Shown here: positions 17,384 to 27,337 of the stretch, piece by piece
How the letters are laid out: every line of letters starts with the position of its first letter
Position numbering within the stretch: the stretch's first letter is position 1
From: a bacterium
GTDB taxonomy: Bacteria; Patescibacteriota; Minisyncoccia; Minisyncoccales; UBA10102
Assembly: GCA_030647485.1 (NCBI GenBank)
Contig: JAUSJT010000002.1
Location: 1-58,849 of the forward strand
DNA: 58,849 nucleotides
Direction: 5' to 3'
Program-made: the position numbers and the translations under genes
Notes under the pieces: model-generated
What the model saw: only the letters and a program-made list of their open reading frames with translations
What the model was told of the DNA's origin: nothing
Database searches by the model: none

Positions 17384-18696
17384 GCGAACTGGAAACCCGA
17401 GAAAAGATTACCGGAGAAGTACATATACCAGCAGAACTTAGCCAGGATGTTGAAAAATCCGTACAGAACATCGGGGATTTTTCAAGACGCTTAGCAAACA
17501 CAGAAGAAACCCAGGTGAGCGAAACGTTTTCGTTGTTTTTAGCATCTGCGCTTTCCTTAGAAGCTTCTGACATACACTTGGAATCTTTAGAAGAAAACGT
17601 GAAGGCGAGACTCCGCATTGACGGCATTCTCCAAGACGTAGGAACCATACCCTTGAAGCTCTACGAATCTCTGCTCTCTCGCATAAAACTCGTCTCCTCC
17701 ATCAAGCTGAATGTAGTAGACAGGCCACAGGACGGAAGATTTTCTTTCGATATCGCAGGTAAGGAAGTTATTGAGGTGAGGGTTTCAACGCTTCCTTCGG
17801 AATACGGGGAATCTGTGGTCATGCGCATTTTGAACCCCAAGAGCCTTCTCACCCTTAAAGATCTTGGCTTGAGACAAGATCTCCTAGAACTGTTCTCAAA
17901 AGAAATTAAAAGACCCAATGGCATGATAGTGGTGACGGGCCCTACGGGGTCTGGGAAAACTACCACTCTTTACGCATTCTTAAAAACGGTTCAGAACCCG
18001 GAAATAAAAATCATTACCATAGAGGACCCCATTGAATACCATTTAGCTGGCATTTCCCAAACCCAGGTGCACCCGGAAAAAGGATATACCTTTGCTTCGG
18101 GGTTATCCGCTATTGTTAGGCAGGATCCTGATGTTATCCTGGTGGGAGAAATACGAGACGGCCAAACTGCAGAGATAGCCATCCAGGCAGCTCTTACCGG
18201 GCACCTGGTATTTTCCACTCTGCATACCAACGACGCGGCAGGTACCATTGCGCGCATGACGAGCCTTGGAGTACAAGCAACCGGAACCATTGCGTCCGCA
18301 TTAAACCTTATCGTTGCCCAAAGGCTCGTGCGCAAAGTATGCGCCAAGTGCAGTAAGCTCACGAAAGCAACAAAAGAAGACCTGCAAATCATACGGGATG
18401 TTTTAAAGACAATGCCTCGGAGAGTATCTCCCAAGATACCCGTAACTCTCAAAATCCCACAAGCAGCAGGATGCCCCGCATGCAACAATACGGGGTATAA
18501 GGGAAGGGTAGGAATTTTTGAGGCCATTGCTGTCAACGAAGCCATGGAATCCTACATCCTAACAAATCCTTCTATAGGAGACTTGCGAAAGACCGCCCAA
18601 AAACAGGGCATGGTAACCATGGAGCAAGACGGGTATCTCAAGGTCGTGGAAGGCATAACAACCATGCAAGAGATTCGGCGCGTCACCACGGGATAG
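17380..18696 (+). CDS. GspE/PilB family secretion or pilus ATPase
   Basis: ASDIHLE, RPQDGRF, GPTGSGKTT, TIEDPIEY, RQDPDVILVGEIRD, CAKC..CPAC, GYKGRVGIFE. Confidence 0.93.
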   Translation: MSELETREKITGEVHIPAELSQDVEKSVQNIGDFSRRLANTEETQVSETFSLFLASALSLEASDIHLESLEENVKARLRIDGILQDVGTIPLKLYESLLSRIKLVSSIKLNVVDRPQDGRFSFDIAGKEVIEVRVSTLPSEYGESVVMRILNPKSLLTLKDLGLRQDLLELFSKEIKRPNGMIVVTGPTGSGKTTTLYAFLKTVQNPEIKIITIEDPIEYHLAGISQTQVHPEKGYTFASGLSAIVRQDPDVILVGEIRDGQTAEIAIQAALTGHLVFSTLHTNDAAGTIARMTSLGVQATGTIASALNLIVAQRLVRKVCAKCSKLTKATKEDLQIIRDVLKTMPRRVSPKIPVTLKIPQAAGCPACNNTGYKGRVGIFEAIAVNEAMESYILTNPSIGDLRKTAQKQGMVTMEQDGYLKVVEGITTMQEIRRVTTG

Positions 18697-18700
18697 CAAA

Positions 18701-18729
18701 CCCCCACAACTAATATATTAGTGTGGGGG
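18701..18729. repeat. CCCCCACA..TGTGGGGG hairpin (terminator or REP-like)
   Basis: CCCCCACA-A-CTAAT-AT-ATTAG-TGTGGGGG, 4 nt after the ATPase stop; a related hairpin is at 53127-53178. Confidence 0.7.
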
Positions 18730-18731
18730 CA

Positions 18732-18866
18732 GGCAATCTCTTCTGAGCTGGGGACCTTATTTGGTATTTGGAACACAAATTTGGAATAATTTGGGGGCAT
18801 AATCCAGCATCACCCGGACTACCCACCCTACAATCACTCCAGGTCCCCAGCCCAACAGAGATTGTC
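18732..18866. repeat. 135-bp element with 26-bp imperfect terminal inverted repeats
   Basis: 18732-18757 versus reverse complement of 18841-18866: 22/26, including a perfect GCTGGGGACCT/AGGTCCCCAGC. Confidence 0.75.
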
Positions 18867-18898
18867 TCTTACGAATCCATATTCTACACTAAAAGAAA

Positions 18899-19906
18899 AT
18901 GATTGTCAAGACCCCTCCAGAACAGCAAAAAGAGGAGGAAACGTTTGAGGCTAACCTACGCCCCAAGGTCTGGGACGAGTACATAGGCCAGGAAAAGATT
19001 AAAAGCAACCTCCGAGTCATTATTGACGCGGCAAAAAAGCGGCAAGAACCTTTAGAACACCTCTTGGTATACGGAAACTCCGGCCTTGGCAAAACTACGC
19101 TCGCCTATGTCTTGGCCAATGAAATGGGATTTGGCATTCAAGCCTGTTCTGGCCCCGCGCTCAATCAGCCAGGAGACCTGGCTTCGATTTTAACAAACCT
19201 CCAGGACGGAGAAGTTTTGTTTATTGACGAGTGCCATCGCCTTTCCAGACAGGTGGCAGAAATGCTGTACTCTGCCATGGAAGACTTCAAGCTCCACCTT
19301 ATTGTAGGCAAAGGGCCCATGGCCAGAACCATGGATCTTGATCTCCCCCGCTTTACCATCATAGGGGCAACCACGCGCATTGCTCTCCTTCCCTCTCCTT
19401 TGCGCAACCGATTCGGCTCCATATTCCAACTCAACTTCTACGAACAGGCTGACATGGAAAAAATTGTGCAGCGGTCAGCAACCATCTTGGGCATGGAGAT
19501 TAGCCCTGCAGCGGTACAGCTTATTGCCGCGAGATCCAGATCCACCCCCCGCGTGGCAAACCGCATTGTAAAGCGCGTGCGCGACTTTGCCCAAGTGGCA
19601 GGCGTTCCTCGTATTGAAGAAGCGATTGCGCATAAAACATTTGGCGCGCTTGAAATAGATGAACTTGGTTTGGAACCCGAGGACCGAAAGATTCTCCAAG
19701 CCATAATCACAAAGTTCCAGGGTGGACCGGTGGGCATACAAACGCTTGCGGCTTCAGTTTCAGAAGAACAAGACACAATTCTTGATATCTACGAACCCTT
19801 TCTCCTGCAATTAGGATTCATCCAAAGAACCTCGCGAGGCAGGATTGCCACCCCCCGAGCCTACAAGCACTTGGGAGTTGCGCAAACCAAAGATAATCTG
19901 ATATAA
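18899..19906 (+). CDS. ruvB: Holliday junction helicase RuvB
   Basis: LRPK..EYIGQ, GNSGLGKTTLA, FIDECHR, IGATTR, PLRNRFG, GPVGIQTLA, YEPFLLQ. Confidence 0.97.
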   Translation: MIVKTPPEQQKEEETFEANLRPKVWDEYIGQEKIKSNLRVIIDAAKKRQEPLEHLLVYGNSGLGKTTLAYVLANEMGFGIQACSGPALNQPGDLASILTNLQDGEVLFIDECHRLSRQVAEMLYSAMEDFKLHLIVGKGPMARTMDLDLPRFTIIGATTRIALLPSPLRNRFGSIFQLNFYEQADMEKIVQRSATILGMEISPAAVQLIAARSRSTPRVANRIVKRVRDFAQVAGVPRIEEAIAHKTFGALEIDELGLEPEDRKILQAIITKFQGGPVGIQTLAASVSEEQDTILDIYEPFLLQLGFIQRTSRGRIATPRAYKHLGVAQTKDNLI

Positions 19907-19921
19907 CCAAGGTAGCAAAGT

Positions 19922-20641
19922 ATGTCAGGACATTCCCACGCAAGAACCGTAAAACATGACAAAGACCTTGCAGCCAGCCAGCGCAGCAAGGTGTTTTCAA
20001 AGTTGGCTGCGGAAATCACCGTTGCCGCAAAGCAGGGAGGGGGGAATCCTGGAACCAACCCAAGACTGCGCACAGCCATGGATCGCGCGAAAAGTGCAAA
20101 CATGCCTTCAGACAACGTGGAGCGGGCCGTAAAGAAGGGCACGGGCGAAGACCAGACAGGAAACCTAGAAGAGTTCCTCCTTGAAGCATACGGTCCGGGA
20201 GGCATAGCCGTGCTTATCTCTGGCATCACAGACAACAAGAACCGCATGCTTGGAGACATAAAACAAATTCTCTCAAAGAACCAGGGGAAAATGGTGGAGG
20301 GAGGGGCGGTGCGCTGGCTCTTTGAACAAAAGGGGGTTATGGCAGTAAAAAGCCCCTTGCCGAAAGACGAGCTTGAAATGAAAGTGATTGAAGAGGGCGC
20401 GGAAGACCTGTACTGGAGAGAAGACGGAATGCTTGACGTGTACACCAAACCCACAGAACTAGAAAAGATAAAAAACAGCCTCCGGGCCAGTGGCGTTTCT
20501 GTCGAAGAAGCGGTAATTGACTGGGTCCCCAAAGAAGAGGTCATCGCTAACCAGAAAAGCATTGACGCTGCTCAAAAACTCTTTGACGAACTGGATGAAA
20601 ACGATGCCGTGCAGAACATCTACTCTAACCTTAAGGGATAA
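19922..20641 (+). CDS. YebC/PmpR (TACO1) family protein
   Basis: MSGHS, GGNPGTNPRLR, NMPSDNVERA, EAYGPGG, DAVQNIYSN. Confidence 0.95.
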   Translation: MSGHSHARTVKHDKDLAASQRSKVFSKLAAEITVAAKQGGGNPGTNPRLRTAMDRAKSANMPSDNVERAVKKGTGEDQTGNLEEFLLEAYGPGGIAVLISGITDNKNRMLGDIKQILSKNQGKMVEGGAVRWLFEQKGVMAVKSPLPKDELEMKVIEEGAEDLYWREDGMLDVYTKPTELEKIKNSLRASGVSVEEAVIDWVPKEEVIANQKSIDAAQKLFDELDENDAVQNIYSNLKG

Positions 20642-21153
20642 TGACCATTCTTGGCGTTGATCCAGGAACGGCAACCACGGGATACGGCGTTGTAAGGAAC
20701 TCCAGAGGCAACTCCTTGGAATGCGTTTCGTACGGTTGCATCATAACGGCAAAAGAGAAAACTCCAGGAGAGAGACTTGTCGCTTTAGAAAAAGAACTGG
20801 CACAGGTTCTAAATAAGTATAAACCAGATGCGGTAGTGGTAGAGCGCCTCTATTTTTTCAAGAACCTAAAAAGCGTCATGCCTGTGTCAGAAGCCAGGGG
20901 CGTTATCTTGCTCGCCATAGCGAAGAAAAAGCTTCCGATGTTTGAGCTTACCCCCCTCCAAGTGAAGATGGCTATAACAGGCTACGGCAGAGCGGACAAA
21001 AAACAAATGCAGCGCATGGTTCAGCAAACTCTCAAACTTTCCCAGATTCCAAAGCCAGACGATGCCGCAGACGCGCTAGGTCTTGCTATAGCCGGCATAT
21101 TCTTGACAAGAATGAAGGGGCAGTATACGGTAGCCAAGAAGGTCGCGATATAA
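20641..21153 (+). CDS. ruvC: Holliday junction resolvase RuvC
   Basis: ILGVDPG..TGYGVV, VERLYF, EARGVI, TPLQVK, PDDAADAL. Confidence 0.96.
   Translation: MTILGVDPGTATTGYGVVRNSRGNSLECVSYGCIITAKEKTPGERLVALEKELAQVLNKYKPDAVVVERLYFFKNLKSVMPVSEARGVILLAIAKKKLPMFELTPLQVKMAITGYGRADKKQMQRMVQQTLKLSQIPKPDDAADALGLAIAGIFLTRMKGQYTVAKKVAI
21103..21131 (+). promoter_or_regulatory. Candidate sigma70 promoter within the ruvC 3' end
   Basis: TTGACA-17 nt-TACGGT, upstream of the small acidic ORF. Confidence 0.45.
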
Positions 21154-21174
21154 GTTAAAGGAAACTAAACGCAT

Positions 21175-21297
21175 ATGACAATCGACGAAACCAAGCTTAC
21201 CTCCGCCACTTTGGGCGAAGAAGGGGAAGAGGAAAAGGAGGAGGAAAAAGAAGAAACTCCTTCCTTAGATCCCGAAACGGAAGAAACAGAAGTATAG
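21175..21297 (+). CDS. 40-aa highly acidic small protein
   Basis: MTIDETKLTSATLGEEGEEEKEEEKEETPSLDPETEETEV; below the track's length cutoff; candidate promoter before, terminator after. Confidence 0.55.
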   Translation: MTIDETKLTSATLGEEGEEEKEEEKEETPSLDPETEETEV

Positions 21298-21301
21298 CGC
21301 G

Positions 21302-21336
21302 AACAAAAAGCCCTGAAATTCTCGGGGTTTTTTGTT
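21302..21336. terminator. Bidirectional intrinsic terminator
   Basis: AACAAAAA-GCCCTG-loop-CGGGGT-TTTTTGTT between the convergent small ORF and tyrS. Confidence 0.7.
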
Positions 21337-21343
21337 GGGCGCA

Positions 21344-22537
21344 TTATGCAACTTTGGCGTATCTTCTTTTGCCCACTTGGATTACCATGCCCTTGCGGAT
21401 AGAAACAAGGGTTTTTGTGTCTTTTAGCACGCGCCCGTCAATCCTTACTCCTCCCTGCTCAATCAAACGCCTTGCATTGGATTTGGAAGATGCAAGCTTT
21501 GCGCCACACAGCAAGTCAAGAACTGGCAACTCTTTTTCTCTAAATACAACCCCTGGCATCTCTTCTGGCTGTAGGCCCTCTCGAAATACCCTGTTAAATT
21601 CTTTCTCTGCTAGAGAAGCCGCCCTGAAGCTATGGCAAGCGGTAACAACCTCTCTGGCAAGTCTAGCCTTGGCCTCTCGCGGATTAAGTTTTTTTGACTT
21701 AATCTGCTGCTTAATTTCGTCAATCTCTTTCTGGGAAACATCGGTAAGGATCTCGAGTCCTAATATAATGCGTTCGTCGGGCCAAGCCATAATTTTGCCA
21801 TACATTTCGCCAGGCTTTTCATTGAGGGCAACTAAATTCCCTTCGCTTTTCCCCATTTTTTTACCGGATGAATCGGTTAACAGTTTTAGGGCTAAAACAA
21901 ATTTTTCTTTGTTTTTTATTCTTCTCAAGAGCGTCCTGCCCGCTAACATGTTAAATGTCTGGTCGTTCCCTCCTACCTCCAAGTCAACATCCATGGCCAC
22001 GCTATCGTAGGCTTGGAATATTGGATACAAAAACTCGTGGACATGGATATCCTTGCCTGCCTTTATTCTATCTTGGAACATATCCCTTTCCAGCAACCTC
22101 GCAACGGTGAAATTGGAGGCCAGCTCAAGAAGATCTTTGGGTTTTAATTTGTTGGTCCATTGTTCGTTGCGCAAAAACCTGACGTTTGATTTTCGAAGAT
22201 CTAGGATTTTACCGACCTGTTTCTTATAGCTCCTGGCGTTCGCCAAAACCTGCTCTCGTGTCAACGGCTTTCTCGTCATACCCTTGCCGGTTGGATCTCC
22301 AATCATGGCCGTAAAATCGCCTATCAGCACAATAATCTCATGGCCTAGGTCTTGAAGCTGGCGCAACTTTCTTAGGCTCACCATATGCCCTATGTGAAGC
22401 TTGCCCGTCGGGTCAATGCCGTGGTAAATCCTCAGTTTTTTACCAGCCCGCAAAATGCTCTCCAATGCGTTGCGGCTAGGATAAATGCGCTCTACCCCCC
22501 TTGTTAAAACTTCTTCAATCTGATCTTTTGTCTCCAT
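21344..22537 (-). CDS. tyrS: Tyrosine--tRNA ligase
   Basis: GIDPTGKLHIGH, IGDPTGK, YPIFQAYD, GGNDQTFN, KMGKS, C-terminal S4 domain. Confidence 0.97.
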   Translation of the reverse strand: METKDQIEEVLTRGVERIYPSRNALESILRAGKKLRIYHGIDPTGKLHIGHMVSLRKLRQLQDLGHEIIVLIGDFTAMIGDPTGKGMTRKPLTREQVLANARSYKKQVGKILDLRKSNVRFLRNEQWTNKLKPKDLLELASNFTVARLLERDMFQDRIKAGKDIHVHEFLYPIFQAYDSVAMDVDLEVGGNDQTFNMLAGRTLLRRIKNKEKFVLALKLLTDSSGKKMGKSEGNLVALNEKPGEMYGKIMAWPDERIILGLEILTDVSQKEIDEIKQQIKSKKLNPREAKARLAREVVTACHSFRAASLAEKEFNRVFREGLQPEEMPGVVFREKELPVLDLLCGAKLASSKSNARRLIEQGGVRIDGRVLKDTKTLVSIRKGMVIQVGKRRYAKVA

Positions 22538-22615
22538 AGCAAAAATGTATCATTTTTGGAGCAATAAAGCAAAATATTGCGACGGACAAAAAAACATGAT
22601 ACTTTATACCATAGT

Positions 22616-24544
22616 ATGACGAAGACTCGTCATGTAAAAAAGATTTTCCAGAAGAACTCTGCGCTGGCCCGAGGAAGACGATTGCTCCATGTGGGCTTCT
22701 TTTTGTTTCTTCTCGGCTTCATTGGCATCTCATCCCTCTTTCTATACTACGCAAAAGACCTCCCGAGGCCTGAACGCCTAAACGAAATTGCATTTGCCCA
22801 GCCCACAAGGATTTACGACCGCACAGGCGAGGTTCTTTTATATGAACTGTTCGGAGAAGAAAAGAGGGAGTTTGCCCCCCTAGCCAAAATTCCCCAGCAT
22901 CTAAAAGAAGCAATCCTCACCACCGAAGACCGATATTTTTACAAGCACTTCGGCCTTGACTGGAGAGGGATTGGCAGATCTGTGCTGAAAAACCTTCGGC
23001 TGCGCGACCCTGCCCAATTCGTAGGTGGGTCTACTATTTCCCAACAGCTCGTACGCTCTATACTGCTGAGTAGAGAAAAGACGGTCCCCAGAAAGATCAA
23101 AGAGATTATTCTGACGCTGGAACTGGAAAGGCGATATTCCAAAGACGAAATCCTTGAGTTTTACCTCAACCAGATCCCCCTGGGGTCTACGGTGTACGGC
23201 GTGGGTGCTGCTTCTCGCTTTTACTTTGGGAAACCGGTGGCAGAACTTTCTCTTGCAGAGTCTGCGGTTATAGCGGCTCTCATCCAGGCTCCCAGCTACT
23301 ACTCACCTTATGGTTCCCACACAGAAGAACTGCTGTCGCGCAAGGATTACGTACTAAATAGTATGAATCTTTTGGAGTACATTACAGAAGAGCAAGCAAC
23401 AGAGGCGCAGAATCAAGCATTGGCGTTTCAAGATCCCGGCCTTTCCATTAAGGCCCCACATTTTGTTTTATACATAGTAGACCAGCTTCTCAAAACATAC
23501 GGAGAAGAGTTCCTTCGAGAGAGCGGCCTGAAAGTATACACAACCCTTAATTGGAGGCTCCAGGAAAAAGCAGAAGAAATAGTAACCGCTGTCGCAGAGC
23601 GCAACGTTGTGTTTGACGCCAACAACGCAGCCTTGGTTGCGTTGGATCCTGCCACAGGAGAAATCTTGGCCATGGTAGGGTCAAAAGACTGGTTCTCACA
23701 GTCATATCCTGAAGGATGCGTACCTGGCCAAACCTGTCTGTTTGATCCTAAGGTAAACGTCGCAACGTACCGCATAGGGAGACAGCCAGGATCTGCGTTC
23801 AAACCCTTTGCGTACGTGACTGCGTTTGCAAAGGGGTATGATGATACGACGACGGTGGTGGATGAAGAAACGAATTTCGGGGTGTGGGGAGAGAAAGAGT
23901 ACATCCCGCACAACTATGATGAAAAATTCCGTGGCACCGTAACCCTTAGGCAGGCTCTCGCGCAATCCCTGAACATCCCCTCCATTAAAGTGCTGCTTAA
24001 CCTTGCGGGATTGCAAGAGAGCATTGCGACTGCCCATGATATGGGCATCACAACCTTACAAGACCCCTCCCGGTACGGCCCCTCCATTGTGCTGGGGGGA
24101 GGAGAGGTGAAACTTCTTGATATCACGTCTGCGTATGGGGTATTCGCAACAGGAGGGAAGCGCGCTCCCCCTTTGTCTATTATGCGAATTGTGAGCGAGG
24201 GTGGCACAACTATCCAGGAGAATGTGAACACTCTCATTAGCGTTCTCTCGAAAGAAGCAACAGATATGGTGACCTCTATCCTTTCAGATAACGAGGCCCG
24301 AACTCCTATATTCGGCGCCAATTCCCTCTTGTATTTCCCCAACAAACTAGTTGCCGTAAAGACAGGGACTACCCAGGACTTCAGGGACGGCTGGGTTGTG
24401 GGGTACAGCCCCAATGCCCTTGTAACAGGAGTGTGGGTGGGGAATAACGACAACTCGCCCATGAATAAAGAGCCGGGCATTGTGGTTGCGGGCCCCATAT
24501 GGCGCCAATTCATGGACTACGCCCTTTCAGTAATCACACCTTAA
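22616..24544 (+). CDS. Class A penicillin-binding protein
   Basis: N-terminal TM; EDRYFYKHFG, GGSTISQQL, RKIKE, YLNQIP; SAFK, SLN and KTGT motifs. Confidence 0.95.
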   Translation: MTKTRHVKKIFQKNSALARGRRLLHVGFFLFLLGFIGISSLFLYYAKDLPRPERLNEIAFAQPTRIYDRTGEVLLYELFGEEKREFAPLAKIPQHLKEAILTTEDRYFYKHFGLDWRGIGRSVLKNLRLRDPAQFVGGSTISQQLVRSILLSREKTVPRKIKEIILTLELERRYSKDEILEFYLNQIPLGSTVYGVGAASRFYFGKPVAELSLAESAVIAALIQAPSYYSPYGSHTEELLSRKDYVLNSMNLLEYITEEQATEAQNQALAFQDPGLSIKAPHFVLYIVDQLLKTYGEEFLRESGLKVYTTLNWRLQEKAEEIVTAVAERNVVFDANNAALVALDPATGEILAMVGSKDWFSQSYPEGCVPGQTCLFDPKVNVATYRIGRQPGSAFKPFAYVTAFAKGYDDTTTVVDEETNFGVWGEKEYIPHNYDEKFRGTVTLRQALAQSLNIPSIKVLLNLAGLQESIATAHDMGITTLQDPSRYGPSIVLGGGEVKLLDITSAYGVFATGGKRAPPLSIMRIVSEGGTTIQENVNTLISVLSKEATDMVTSILSDNEARTPIFGANSLLYFPNKLVAVKTGTTQDFRDGWVVGYSPNALVTGVWVGNNDNSPMNKEPGIVVAGPIWRQFMDYALSVITP

Positions 24545-25658
24545 GGGGCATGAGAACATAGAGATACTCTTCTTTGCGAACTGACTTTAGAATGACGGGG
24601 GATTCGGCTCCGCTAAATCCTAGCTCAATTTCATCCCCTTTCATGTGCATGACGCCGTCTAGAAGAAATTTCCAATTAAACGAGGTTTCTATATTTTCTC
24701 CCTGGGTCTGGGCAGGAATGAATGAGGTGTGCTCCCCCACGTCTGTTGATTTTGATACCAGCTCCACCCCCTTTTTCTTCTGGTTTACTACAAGCTTCAC
24801 GTCGTTCAGCTTCCCTGAAAAAATAGACGCTGCCTTCAACTGATTTATAAACGCGTTTTTATCTACAACAAGCTTTGCCACAAAATCCTTTGGGATGATG
24901 TCTTGATACTGGGGATATTCTCCCTCAATGAGCCGGGAAATGATTTGAATCGCGGGCTTTCCTGGCTGTTCTGGGGCGTAGTCAAACACCGCCTGGCTGG
25001 GGGATACATAGATTCTGGTCTTGCCCTGTAATTCTCCGAGTACGGCAACCAACTCCCGCGCTGTTTTTGCGGGCAGTATGAATGTTGTCTGCAAGGGCTG
25101 CCCTTTTGAAAACGAGAGTGTTTGTTCGGCCAGCCTGAAACTGTCTGTTGCCGCAAGCTTGCATGTTTGCTGCAGAAAAGAAACAAAGACCCCGGATATT
25201 TCGGGTCTTGCCTGTGTCTGCCCTGCCATGCTTGCGACCTGGCTCATGCCGTCAAAGAATGGACGCGTTTCTACTTCCACAAACGCCTCCCCCTCTTTGA
25301 ATGTTGGGATAATGGGGAAATCTTCTGCGGGCAATGTTTTTAAAAGTGTCTGCTGTTCTTTTGACTCAATGGTGAGCCCGGCCTCTTTTGTGGTGAGTGT
25401 TATCTGGTTTTCTGGGAGAAGAGCTATAAATTGGGAAAGTGATCTCGCGGGTAACACACAACTTCCCTCTTTTTCGTTTTTCGCCAACAAGGTATACCGT
25501 ATCCCAATTTCAAGGTCTGTTGCCGATAACTCCACGGTGTTCTTAGCTGCGGAAATTAGGATGTTCCCTAAAATTGGAAGCGACGGTGATTTTGCCGCCA
25601 CCCGTTCCACAACCGAAAGCCCAATTCGCAAACCGTCTTTTAGAATAGTGGATTTCAT
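24534..25658 (-). CDS. dnaN: DNA polymerase III beta clamp
   Basis: SLPILGNILI, ATDLEIGI, ATDSFRLA, SRLIEGEYP, FNWKFLLD, YVLMPL. Confidence 0.97.
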   Translation of the reverse strand: MKSTILKDGLRIGLSVVERVAAKSPSLPILGNILISAAKNTVELSATDLEIGIRYTLLAKNEKEGSCVLPARSLSQFIALLPENQITLTTKEAGLTIESKEQQTLLKTLPAEDFPIIPTFKEGEAFVEVETRPFFDGMSQVASMAGQTQARPEISGVFVSFLQQTCKLAATDSFRLAEQTLSFSKGQPLQTTFILPAKTARELVAVLGELQGKTRIYVSPSQAVFDYAPEQPGKPAIQIISRLIEGEYPQYQDIIPKDFVAKLVVDKNAFINQLKAASIFSGKLNDVKLVVNQKKKGVELVSKSTDVGEHTSFIPAQTQGENIETSFNWKFLLDGVMHMKGDEIELGFSGAESPVILKSVRKEEYLYVLMPLKV

Positions 25659-25719
25659 TTTTTATAATTACTAGAGGTGAGTCTAGAAAGAAAGGTTATT
25701 TTTCTTTTTAACGAGGCCC

Positions 25720-25904
25720 AGAGTAGTTTCAAATTTATTTATTAGTAGTTATAGTTTACTATACTTACTGGTGGGGATAAGTTTTTTTCATTCCTATTGT
25801 GCGTCTATATTATAGTGTGGGGTGGCTGTGGATACGCGAGGGTAAAATATGCCGCATGCGAAGGGATAGAAAATTTATCCACGGCGCCCCCCGCGTTATC
25901 CACT
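25720..25904. promoter_or_regulatory. oriC, dnaA-dnaN part: AT-rich tract plus DnaA boxes
   Basis: Boxes TGGGGATAA 25772, TGTGGATAC 25827, TTATCCACG 25875, TTATCCACT 25896 (overlapping the dnaA stop); AT-rich stretch about 25730-25800. Confidence 0.75.
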
Positions 25905-27254
25905 GTATATTCTCTGGCGTATCAACGCGATTTCATCAACAAGCGTTTCTGACTGCTGGAGTTCTTTCGTAATTTTCTCGCAGGCGTAAATAGCGGTAGT
26001 GTGATCCTTGCCCCCGAACTTCTGCCCAATAAAAGGGTATGACCCCTTTAACTCCTCCCGGAGCAGGTACATTGCTATTTGTCGGGGCCGCACCACCTCC
26101 TTCTTTCTAGAAGTAGCAATAATCTCTTTTTCTTTGATATCGTAAAACTCGGCCACAGCAGCAATGATCTTTTTGTGGTTTACCATTTTACTGGGGTTCT
26201 GGATAACACTTCGCAGCAAGGTTTTTGCGTCGGCAAACGTCGGGGACTTGCCGTTCAGCTGTATAAACGCGGCCAAGCGGTTGAGGGCGCCTTCCAGTTC
26301 TCGTATATTCCTCTGGATGTGGGAGGCGACATACTCGCAGATTTCGTCGTCAAGGGACACAACCTTTTCCTGCATTTTAGAGCGCAGTATGGCTAAGCGT
26401 GTTTCAAAATCCGGCATGCTGATGTCGGCAATCATGCCCCCCTCAAATCGAGAGCGCAGGCGTTCTTCTAGCGCCGGGATTGCCTTTGGGGGGCGGTCAG
26501 AGGAAAAGATGATTTGCTTGCCTGCTTCATAGAGCGCGTTGAATGTGTGGAAGAGTTCCTCTTGCGTCTTATCCTTCCCCGTAAGGAACTGTACGTCGTC
26601 TACGATAAGAACGTCCAGGTCTCGGAACATGGACCTCAATGCGTCTGTCGTGTGGTTCCGTATAGCAGAAACAACACTAGAAGTGAATCGCTCGGAAGAA
26701 ATGTACTTTAATTTCTTTTGCGGCACGTCTCCTACAATTTTATTCCCTATTGCCTGGAGAAGATGGGTTTTCCCCAGGCCCGTTCCCCCATAGACAAACA
26801 AGGGGTTGTACACGGTCCCAGGGTCTTTCACAATAGCCAGGGAAGCTGCATGTGCGAGTTCATTAAAGGGAGCGACCACAAAATTATCAAAGGTGTACCT
26901 TGGGTTTAAGCTTGTTGACCTGTCTACCTTGAGTTCCTGGAACTCAAGCTGGCTTTCCTGGGGCATAGCCATGGGCCTGGAGGACGCGGCGTCCCTCTGT
27001 TTCCCCGCAGAGCGTTCCACGGTGTACTTAATGCGCTTTATCTCAAGGTCTAAACCGTGAAGAGCCTGGAACAAGATCTTGTTATACTTATTCTCCAGCC
27101 ATTCTTTTGAGAAGTTATTGGGAGCGGAGATGACAAGCTCCCCTTCTTTTTTAGAGAGGATATATGTGCTTCGAAACCAGGTAGCAAAGTTTGCAGGGGA
27201 GATCTTAAACTGTATTTGTGCAAGCGCAGCCTGCCAGAGTTCTTCGCGTGTCAT
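25896..27254 (-). CDS. dnaA: Chromosomal replication initiator DnaA
   Basis: NPRYTFDNFV, YNPLFVYGGTGLGKTHLL, DDVQFL, RLRSRF, NIRELEG, KDHTTAIYA. Confidence 0.98.
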   Translation of the reverse strand: MTREELWQAALAQIQFKISPANFATWFRSTYILSKKEGELVISAPNNFSKEWLENKYNKILFQALHGLDLEIKRIKYTVERSAGKQRDAASSRPMAMPQESQLEFQELKVDRSTSLNPRYTFDNFVVAPFNELAHAASLAIVKDPGTVYNPLFVYGGTGLGKTHLLQAIGNKIVGDVPQKKLKYISSERFTSSVVSAIRNHTTDALRSMFRDLDVLIVDDVQFLTGKDKTQEELFHTFNALYEAGKQIIFSSDRPPKAIPALEERLRSRFEGGMIADISMPDFETRLAILRSKMQEKVVSLDDEICEYVASHIQRNIRELEGALNRLAAFIQLNGKSPTFADAKTLLRSVIQNPSKMVNHKKIIAAVAEFYDIKEKEIIATSRKKEVVRPRQIAMYLLREELKGSYPFIGQKFGGKDHTTAIYACEKITKELQQSETLVDEIALIRQRIYSG

Positions 27255-27337
27255 ACCCCGTTAGAAGTTATTTTTGTTCATATTTTTCTCTCACGCCCAA
27301 ATTAGATTCGTTTTTTGTTGCAAACTTCTAACGGGGT
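27255..27337. repeat. 83-bp element with 15-bp terminal inverted repeats, copy 2, abutting the dnaA start codon
   Basis: ACCCCGTTAGAAGTT / AACTTCTAACGGGGT, flanked on both sides by CAT. Confidence 0.8.
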
